From the sequence record SRR31156797_8656: a stretch of DNA of 54,398 bases; one strand, 5' to 3'. Positions 48,032-54,398 of the stretch are shown in pieces. Every line of letters starts with the position of its first letter. The stretch's first letter is position 1. The notes under the pieces were generated by a model. That model did no database searches and was not told the DNA's origin. It saw only the letters and a program-made list of their open reading frames with translations. A program made the translations under genes and the position numbers.

Positions 48032-48988
48032 ATGAATAAATTAGCAGTTGTAGCTTTAGGAGGTAATGCTTTACTTCGAGGCAATCAAAAAGGTACTGTA
48101 GAAGAACAAAATCAGAATACTACTGATACTTTAGAAAATCTTATTTTCTTAATTAAAGAAGGATATGATGTTATTATTGCTCATGGTAATGGACCACAGG
48201 TAGGTAATATCTTAATGAGAAACGATGCTGGTGAACAATTGTATAATATTCCTCAAATGCCATTGGATATTGATGTGGCTGACTCTCAAGGTGGAATTGG
48301 ATACATGATTGAGAGAAACTTGCGTAATGTGCTAAAAGCAAATGGCATCGAAAAAGATGTTGTGACTTTGGTGACTCAAGTTGTGGTTGATGAAAATGAT
48401 CCTGCATTTACAAATCCTGTAAAGCGTGTTGGTAAAATTTATACCAAAGAACAAGCTGACGAATTGAAAGCAGAAAAGGGATGGATCTTTAAAGAAGAAG
48501 TTAAAGCTGACGGTGGTTGGAGAAGAGTAGTACCTTCGCCAAAGCCAATTCGTGTTATGAACGAGAAAGTAATTGAAAATTTGGCTCGTCAAGGTAATAT
48601 TGTTATCACTGTTGGTGGTGGTGGTGTTCCTGTATCTATTAATAAAGAGGGAAATATTTGTCCGGTTGAAGCAGTTATCGACAAAGATTTGGCTTCTGCA
48701 TTGATTGGAGCAAGAATTAAAGCAGATGAGTTTTATATCTTAACAGATGTTCCTTTTGTATATAAGGATTTCAAAGGACCTAATGAGAAGAAATTAGAAT
48801 TTTTGAATCATGCAGATACGATGGATTTGATGGCTGAAGGGACTTTTGCAGAAGGAAGTATGGCTCCAAAAATCCGTGCTTGCCTAAGTTTTATTGAAAA
48901 CGGAGGTGGTAAATCTGTAATTACAGAAGCTACTAAGTTGGAAGATAAAGCGTTCGGGACTAAAATTACAATGGAATACGAGGATTAA
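48032..48988 (+). CDS. arcC: Carbamate kinase
   Basis: VALGGNAL, HGNGPQVG, WRRVVPSPKP, GGGGVPV, EAVIDKD, GSMAPK. Confidence 0.96.
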   Translation: MNKLAVVALGGNALLRGNQKGTVEEQNQNTTDTLENLIFLIKEGYDVIIAHGNGPQVGNILMRNDAGEQLYNIPQMPLDIDVADSQGGIGYMIERNLRNVLKANGIEKDVVTLVTQVVVDENDPAFTNPVKRVGKIYTKEQADELKAEKGWIFKEEVKADGGWRRVVPSPKPIRVMNEKVIENLARQGNIVITVGGGGVPVSINKEGNICPVEAVIDKDLASALIGARIKADEFYILTDVPFVYKDFKGPNEKKLEFLNHADTMDLMAEGTFAEGSMAPKIRACLSFIENGGGKSVITEATKLEDKAFGTKITMEYED

Positions 48989-49075
48989 TAAAATTTATTA
49001 ATTCTATATTGAATATTATTATAAATATCGGATAACAATTACTTTTGTGTTTGTAATCTATTAAAAAAATAAACA

Positions 49076-50077
49076 ATGGCTTTCAATCTTAAAAACAGAA
49101 ATTTTTTAAAGTTGTTGGATTTCACTCCAAAGGAAATTCAGTACATGTTAGATCTTGCAAGAGATTTGAAAAGAGCAAAATACGCAGGAACTGAGGTTCA
49201 AACGATGAAAGGGAAGAATATCGCATTAATTTTCGAAAAATCTTCTACTCGTACTCGTTGTGCTTTCGAAACTGCTGCTTATGACCAGGGAGCTCACGTA
49301 ACTTATTTAGGTCCTTCAGGATCTCAAATTGGTGTGAAAGAGTCAATGGCTGATACTGCTCGTGTATTAGGTCGTATGTATGATGGAATTGAGTACCGTG
49401 GATTCGGTCAAACTGTAGTTGAAGAATTGGCTAAGCACGCAGGCGTTCCAGTTTGGAATGGTTTAACTGATGAGTATCACCCAACTCAAATTTTGGCTGA
49501 CTTCTTAACTATGATGGAGCACACTGATAAGCCGTTAAGTCAGGTTTCTTTTGCTTACTTAGGTGATGCAAGAAACAATATGGCTAACTCTTTAATGGTT
49601 GGTGCTGCAAAAATGGGTATGGATGTAAGAATCGTAGGTCCTAAAAATCTTCAGCCAGAAGAGGAATTGGTAGCAGAGTGTCTTGAGATCGCTAAAGAAA
49701 CTGGAGCTAAGGTTACAGTTACTGATAACACAGAAGAAGGTGTTAAAGGATGTGATTTCCTATATACTGACGTTTGGGTATCAATGGGTGAGCCAGATGA
49801 GGTATGGAAAGAGAGAATTGAAATCTTGAAGCCATTCCAGATCAATAAAGAAACTATGGCGATGACAGGTAATGCAGCTTGCAAATTTATGCACTGTCTT
49901 CCTGCTTACCACAACAGAGAAACAAAAGTTGGTGAGGAAGTTTACCAGAAATTCGGAATGGACGGAGTTGAGGTTACAGAAGATGTATTCGAATCTCCAG
50001 CATCAATTGTATTTGATGAAGCTGAAAACCGCTTACACACAATTAAGGCAGTAATGGTTGCGACTTTAGGAGCTTAA
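49076..50077 (+). CDS. argF: Ornithine carbamoyltransferase (probably catabolic)
   Basis: [32 protein letters not shown]. Confidence 0.95.
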   Translation: MAFNLKNRNFLKLLDFTPKEIQYMLDLARDLKRAKYAGTEVQTMKGKNIALIFEKSSTRTRCAFETAAYDQGAHVTYLGPSGSQIGVKESMADTARVLGRMYDGIEYRGFGQTVVEELAKHAGVPVWNGLTDEYHPTQILADFLTMMEHTDKPLSQVSFAYLGDARNNMANSLMVGAAKMGMDVRIVGPKNLQPEEELVAECLEIAKETGAKVTVTDNTEEGVKGCDFLYTDVWVSMGEPDEVWKERIEILKPFQINKETMAMTGNAACKFMHCLPAYHNRETKVGEEVYQKFGMDGVEVTEDVFESPASIVFDEAENRLHTIKAVMVATLGA

Positions 50078-50097
50078 ACTGTTTTAATTAATGATAT

Positions 50098-50131
50098 AAA
50101 AAAAGGACAACATTCGTTGTCCTTTTTTTTT
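50098..50131. terminator. Bidirectional terminator
   Basis: aaaaaaaggacaac-attc-gttgtcctttttttt. Confidence 0.88.
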
Positions 50132-50192
50132 GTGTGTGTTATGTATTTTATAATTCGCTGTTTCTTTTTAAAAATAGGTAAATATATTTTAA

Positions 50193-50399
50193 TTAATTTT
50201 TAAGATATGTAAAGTTATTGTCTTTGATTTGTATATCCGTTTTTATGCCTCTTCGTTTAAGTTCAGTTTTAAAATCACAGCCACTACAGCTTCCTCCACA
50301 GTTTGAATTCTGACTCTGAAACAATTTTACAAACTGATAAATTACATAGCCTACTGCATATGCAACAATTAGATATGTTAGTATGAGTTGAATGTCCAT
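50193..50399 (-). CDS. FeoB-associated Cys-rich membrane protein
   Basis: One TM segment then CGGSCSGC; starts 2 nt after the feoB stop. Confidence 0.82.
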   Translation of the reverse strand: MDIQLILTYLIVAYAVGYVIYQFVKLFQSQNSNCGGSCSGCDFKTELKRRGIKTDIQIKDNNFTYLKN

Positions 50400-50401
50400 T
50401 T

Positions 50402-52915
50402 TTACATTATTAAATTACCAACTTGATATACTATAAACGAAACTAGCCATGCTAATCCAGTGGTATAAAATACAACAAAAGTAGCCCATTTCCAGTTCGA
50501 TTCTTTAATAATTGTAACCACTACAGCTACACATGGGAAATAAATCAAGATAAAAATAAGAAAGGACAATGCCGATAGAGAGGTGAAAACGTACTGACCT
50601 GTTTTGTGTGATCCAGTAAATTTCTGTTCTCTAAGCTTGTTTCTAAGTCCATCACTCGATTCATCTGCTCCTTCTCCTTCCTGATAAAGTACGCCCATAG
50701 TACTAACAACAACTTCTTTCGCTGCAATACCTGTAAGAATACTAACAGTCATTTTCCAATCGAAACCTAAAGGGTGCATAACTGGAGAAAAGAATTGTCC
50801 AATTTGTCCAATGTAAGATCCTTGTTGCTGTTCTTCTAGCATCGAATTATGAAAGTCAGCAATTTTTGCGTTCTTAGTCGTGTTCAATTTATTAATATCC
50901 AATTCTGTTGTTGATGTAGAGTTTGCAACAATTTTGTTGTAATTTTGGTTTACCTCATTGATTAAATGATTGTAATCCTTGGTATATTCCACATCTCTTG
51001 GGAAGTATCCTAATGCCCAAATAATAACCGATGCCACCAATATAACGCCACCCATTTTCTTTAGATACTGAAATCCTTTATTCCACATGTGACGAACTGT
51101 GGTTTTTAAAGTAGGAATTCTGTAGGGAGGGAGTTCCATTACAAATGGAGCCTCCTTTGATTTAAAGAAACTGGCTTTAAAGACCTTGGCAAATACAATG
51201 GCTAATAGTATACCCAGCATGTAAATGCCAAACAGAATAAGACTGGCATTGGTAGGGAAAAATGTTCCAATAATAAGTATATAAACCGGCAGTCGAGCAC
51301 TGCACGACATAAATGGTGTTATCAGCATGGTTAGGATGCGATCATTCTTGTTTTCAAGAGTTCGCGTAGCCATTAATGCAGGAACATTACACCCAAATCC
51401 CATGATTAATGGAATGAATGATTTACCGTGTAAACCTATTTTGTGCATTAATTTATCCATGATAAATGCTGCTCTAGCCATATATCCAGTATCTTCCATA
51501 AAGGAGATAAAAAAGAATAGTATTAGGATGTTGGGCAAGAACACGATAACTCCACCGACACCACCAATTATTCCATCTACCAATAAATCTTTAAGCGGAC
51601 CAGGTGACATCCAGCTTTCAATTAAACCACCTAAAGCTGAAACGCCGGTATCAATCCAGTTCATTGGATATTCGCCCAGGTTGAAAGTGGCGTAGAAAGT
51701 AAGAAACATGAACACAAAGAAAATCGGAAAACCGAATAATTTATGGGTTATAAACGTGTCGATTATGGTTGTTTTCCTTCGCCTTTTAACCGGACTTTCT
51801 TTATAAGTTTCCTTTAAAGCACCGTCAATAAAACCATATTTCGCGTCCGTAATAACAGTTTCGCAAATTTCATCAAATTCATTCTCAATTTTGGAAATTT
51901 GTTTTTTTGTTTCTTCTTTAATTTCGAAGTGTTTGTCGCTTTCTTTAACCAAAAACCTTGCACTATCATCAGCTTCTAATAATTTAATGGAGATAAATCG
52001 GGGAGAAGCTTTGGAGCAAAGTTTCCTATCCTGCTTAATTTTCTCCTGAATTTTAGAAATTGCATTTTCTACATGTACACCGTAGTTGATGTGGATGTGA
52101 CGAACTACAGGATCTTTATCTTCGTAAACTTCGATAATTTTATTGAAGAGATCTTTAATTCCTTTACCCTTTGAACTAATTGTTGGAACAATAGGAATGC
52201 CGAGCATTTTTGAAAGAGCCTTGTAGTTGAATCGAGCTCCTTTCTTCTCCAATTCGTCGTACATGTTTAAGGCAATAACCACCTTAATGTCCATGTCGAT
52301 TAGTTGAGTTGTAAGATAAAGGTTTCGCTCAAGATTAGAAGCATCAATAACATTGACTACAACATCGGGTTTTTCTCCAAGAATGTACTTTCGAACGAAT
52401 AATTCTTCTGGTGTATATGCGGTTAACGAATAGGTTCCTGGCAAATCGGTTACATCAAATTGATAACCGTTTTGTTTTACTTTAGCTTGCTTGGAATCTA
52501 CTGTAACACCACTATAGTTTCCTACGTGTTCTTTCGATCCAGAGGCAAAATTAAATAGTGTTGTTTTACCAGCATTAGGGTTTCCGACCAAGGCAATGTT
52601 AATTTTTTTGCCTTTTTCTTTTGCAGAAGTTTTTAATATTTCGTCGTTAATTGTTCCTTCAAAGTCTGAAAATTTAATGTCTTTAGCTTCTTCTTTGGTA
52701 ATCACCTCAATTAATGAGGCTTCGCTTCTTCTTAAAGAGACTTGATATCCCATGATTTCGTATTCAACGGGATCTTTTAAAGGAGCATTTTTAATTACGG
52801 TTACCATTTTTCCTTTGACAAATCCCATTTCTGTAATTCGTTTTCGGAAGGCGCCGTGCCCCAGTACTTTTATAATTATTCCTTCTTGATTATCTGTTAA
52901 TTCAGAAAGTTTCAT
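50402..52915 (-). CDS. feoB: Ferrous iron transporter FeoB with N-terminal FeoA fusion
   Basis: FeoA domain (MGFVKG...APLKDP...SLR), G-domain GNPNAGKTT and DLPGTYSL, gate motifs GFGCNVP and MSCSARL, YFPC. Confidence 0.96.
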   Translation of the reverse strand: MKLSELTDNQEGIIIKVLGHGAFRKRITEMGFVKGKMVTVIKNAPLKDPVEYEIMGYQVSLRRSEASLIEVITKEEAKDIKFSDFEGTINDEILKTSAKEKGKKINIALVGNPNAGKTTLFNFASGSKEHVGNYSGVTVDSKQAKVKQNGYQFDVTDLPGTYSLTAYTPEELFVRKYILGEKPDVVVNVIDASNLERNLYLTTQLIDMDIKVVIALNMYDELEKKGARFNYKALSKMLGIPIVPTISSKGKGIKDLFNKIIEVYEDKDPVVRHIHINYGVHVENAISKIQEKIKQDRKLCSKASPRFISIKLLEADDSARFLVKESDKHFEIKEETKKQISKIENEFDEICETVITDAKYGFIDGALKETYKESPVKRRRKTTIIDTFITHKLFGFPIFFVFMFLTFYATFNLGEYPMNWIDTGVSALGGLIESWMSPGPLKDLLVDGIIGGVGGVIVFLPNILILFFFISFMEDTGYMARAAFIMDKLMHKIGLHGKSFIPLIMGFGCNVPALMATRTLENKNDRILTMLITPFMSCSARLPVYILIIGTFFPTNASLILFGIYMLGILLAIVFAKVFKASFFKSKEAPFVMELPPYRIPTLKTTVRHMWNKGFQYLKKMGGVILVASVIIWALGYFPRDVEYTKDYNHLINEVNQNYNKIVANSTSTTELDINKLNTTKNAKIADFHNSMLEEQQQGSYIGQIGQFFSPVMHPLGFDWKMTVSILTGIAAKEVVVSTMGVLYQEGEGADESSDGLRNKLREQKFTGSHKTGQYVFTSLSALSFLIFILIYFPCVAVVVTIIKESNWKWATFVVFYTTGLAWLVSFIVYQVGNLIM

Positions 52916-53123
52916 TCTTTGTTTGTTTCCGTTCTATCAATTAATTGAAAATTATTAATTGACTCAAAGTATTCGTTCATTCACCAATTCTACCATCACT
53001 TCCTATTGCCGAATTACCTCTTAAAAATAATAATCAAACGTATAAGAATTCTACTTTAATTGCAATCCCAACATCTAGGTATTTTGCAAGTGAAAAATAA
53101 ATTTTGAAGCGGACAGGTGTTCG

Positions 53124-53164
53124 TTATTTTAGACTGAATAAAAATATGTCAGTATGCAAAAATA
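53124..53164 (-). promoter_or_regulatory. Candidate feoAB promoter and imperfect AT-rich operator (putative iron-repressor box)
   Basis: Minus strand TATTTTTG (53164-53157) followed by TATTTTTATTCAGTCTAAAATAA (53146-53124). Confidence 0.5.
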
Positions 53165-53203
53165 ATAGTTTTTACTGATTTTATGCACGAAATTAATAGA
53201 AAC

Positions 53204-53230
53204 AAAAAAAGCTGCTAGAATAGCAGCTTT
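53204..53230 (-). terminator. Intrinsic terminator of the DUF3276 gene
   Basis: aaagctgcta-gaa-tagcagcttt with an A-run on its left side. Confidence 0.8.
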
Positions 53231-53252
53231 CTCTATATTAAAAATATTGGAA

Positions 53253-53654
53253 TTATTCCGATAAGTCTTCAAATTCAACATTGGAAAATGTTTCTGTTTC
53301 GAGTCCTTCAATTAGTTCTGATGTGGATTCTTGATGCTCAGTGGCTACAAATTCTTCCTGAAATTCTTTTTTGTTTTCATTATTTGTTGCTTGTATAAAA
53401 TCGATCGCATCCATTAATCCGTTGGAGAATTTTTCAAAATCCTCTTTATATAAAAATATTTTGTGTTTTTCGTATGAAAAGTTGCCTTCCTTGTCATAAC
53501 GTTTTTTGCTTTCTGTAATTGTTAAGTAATAGTCATTTTTCCTTGTTGCTTTTACATCAAAGAAGTAAGTTCTTTTTCCCGCCCTTACCGCGTTTGAGAA
53601 TATTTCATCGCGATTGTTTTTTCCAAATCCTTCTTTTTTGTCGTAACCTTCCAT
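53253..53654 (-). CDS. DUF3276 / PUR-like nucleic-acid-binding protein
   Basis: RAGKRTYFFDVK, YLTITESKK, EKHKIFLYKEDF; acidic tail. Confidence 0.9.
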   Translation of the reverse strand: MEGYDKKEGFGKNNRDEIFSNAVRAGKRTYFFDVKATRKNDYYLTITESKKRYDKEGNFSYEKHKIFLYKEDFEKFSNGLMDAIDFIQATNNENKKEFQEEFVATEHQESTSELIEGLETETFSNVEFEDLSE

Positions 53655-53871
53655 TTCAAATAAATTTTTATTTATTTTGTTTTCTTGCCTTCAAAAATAA
53701 AAAAATATACGTACTATTTGTTATGAATAAGAGTTTTATTGCATGAAATTGGGTTATTTAAAATCAGTATGCAAACCTTTTCATAAGGATGTCTTTGATA
53801 TTGATCGTGTTGTAATATGTAAAGCAAAGTTGCTTTTTTTTACTTTAATTATGCGGAAATTAAGCGTAAGC

Positions 53872-53902
53872 CTTGCAGGCAAATAAAAAAAGCCTAAATT
53901 TG
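53872..53902 (+). promoter_or_regulatory. Bacteroidota sigma-A promoter for nusB
   Basis: CTTG-N19-TAAATTTG. Confidence 0.6.
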
Positions 53903-53939
53903 CAGCCACAATAATTAATTTGTAAAGTTCTTTAAGGAT

Positions 53940-54398
53940 ATGATTAGTAGAAGATTACTTCGAGTGAAAGTATTGCAATTGCTGTATGCGTATTATAAAA
54001 ATCAGGATAGTACAATTGCAAAAACAGAGAAAGAATTGTTTTTCAGTATCGGAAAAGCATATGATTTGTACCACTATTTACTTCTGCTGATTGTTGAGTT
54101 GGCATTTGTAGCCGAAAGGAAAATTGATACCGCTAGAGAGAAAATTATTCCTACCCAAGAGGATCTAAACCCTAACACAAAATTTATCGATAATAAAGTA
54201 ATCAAGCAATTGGCTGAAAATATTCAGTTGAAAGCTTATGCTAGTTCTAATACTATAAGTTGGGACGATCAGGATGATTACATTAAAGTTTTATTTGATA
54301 AGTTGATCAATTCTGAGTTGTATATTAATTATATGAACTCAGATCAGAATTCATTTCAGGAAGATAAGAAGTTTGTTGAAAAATTCTTTTTAAGCTTA
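53940..54398 (+). CDS. nusB: Transcription antitermination factor NusB (5' part; runs off the right edge)
   Basis: Absent from the ORF track. MISRRLLRVKVLQLLYAYY...AEKELFFSIGKAYDLYHYLL...PNTKFIDN matches the long Bacteroidota NusB N-terminus; divergent from DUF3276. Confidence 0.85.
   Translation, partial: MISRRLLRVKVLQLLYAYYKNQDSTIAKTEKELFFSIGKAYDLYHYLLLLIVELAFVAERKIDTAREKIIPTQEDLNPNTKFIDNKVIKQLAENIQLKAYASSNTISWDDQDDYIKVLFDKLINSELYINYMNSDQNSFQEDKKFVEKFFLSL

Noticed and set aside
4734-53746. Dozens of 60-135 aa ORFs overlapping long genes (e.g. 27899..28300, 44235..44690, 44528..44932, 51327..51695)
   Set aside because: Antisense or alternate-frame shadows of well-supported CDSs, with no family motifs.

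Overview
AT-rich bacterial chromosome segment. Gene content and several TAnnTTTG (-7) promoter boxes point to a Bacteroidota (Bacteroidales/Marinilabiliales-like) anaerobe; this assignment is an inference. Left to right: two tandem MacB/FtsX-type ABC permeases plus their ATPase, divergent from an NtrC-type sigma-54 two-component pair; several small hypothetical genes; a subtilisin lipoprotein; asnA; a cold-shock gene; the classical menaquinone pathway, interrupted by a four-gene insert that begins with a REP-like doublet; msrA; mobA; a Psr/Phs-type molybdoenzyme operon with split YeeE/YedE proteins, an unusual rhodanese and a FadL-like outer-membrane channel; an ATP-grasp/DinB/NRDE trio; pckA, xerD, aroQ, pyk; acyl-ACP thioesterase, DUF4105 protein, LolA-like protein, ftsK; carbamate kinase plus ornithine carbamoyltransferase; feoAB; DUF3276; and the start of nusB. 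The best finding is non-coding. The asnA leader holds TWO tandem, complete ribosome-dependent attenuators, each with an Asn-rich leader peptide (MKQVNINNNSFNNLMNNNSSKLGRL and MIQFNFNNNNNNNSPLW), an antiterminator and a terminator; the ORF track shows neither. Second is the sulfur-respiration module, whose rhodanese has lost its active-site Cys but carries a SoxY-like C-terminal GGC arm. I saw no CRISPR array, tRNA, rRNA or transposase. All family calls come from motif recognition, not database searches.
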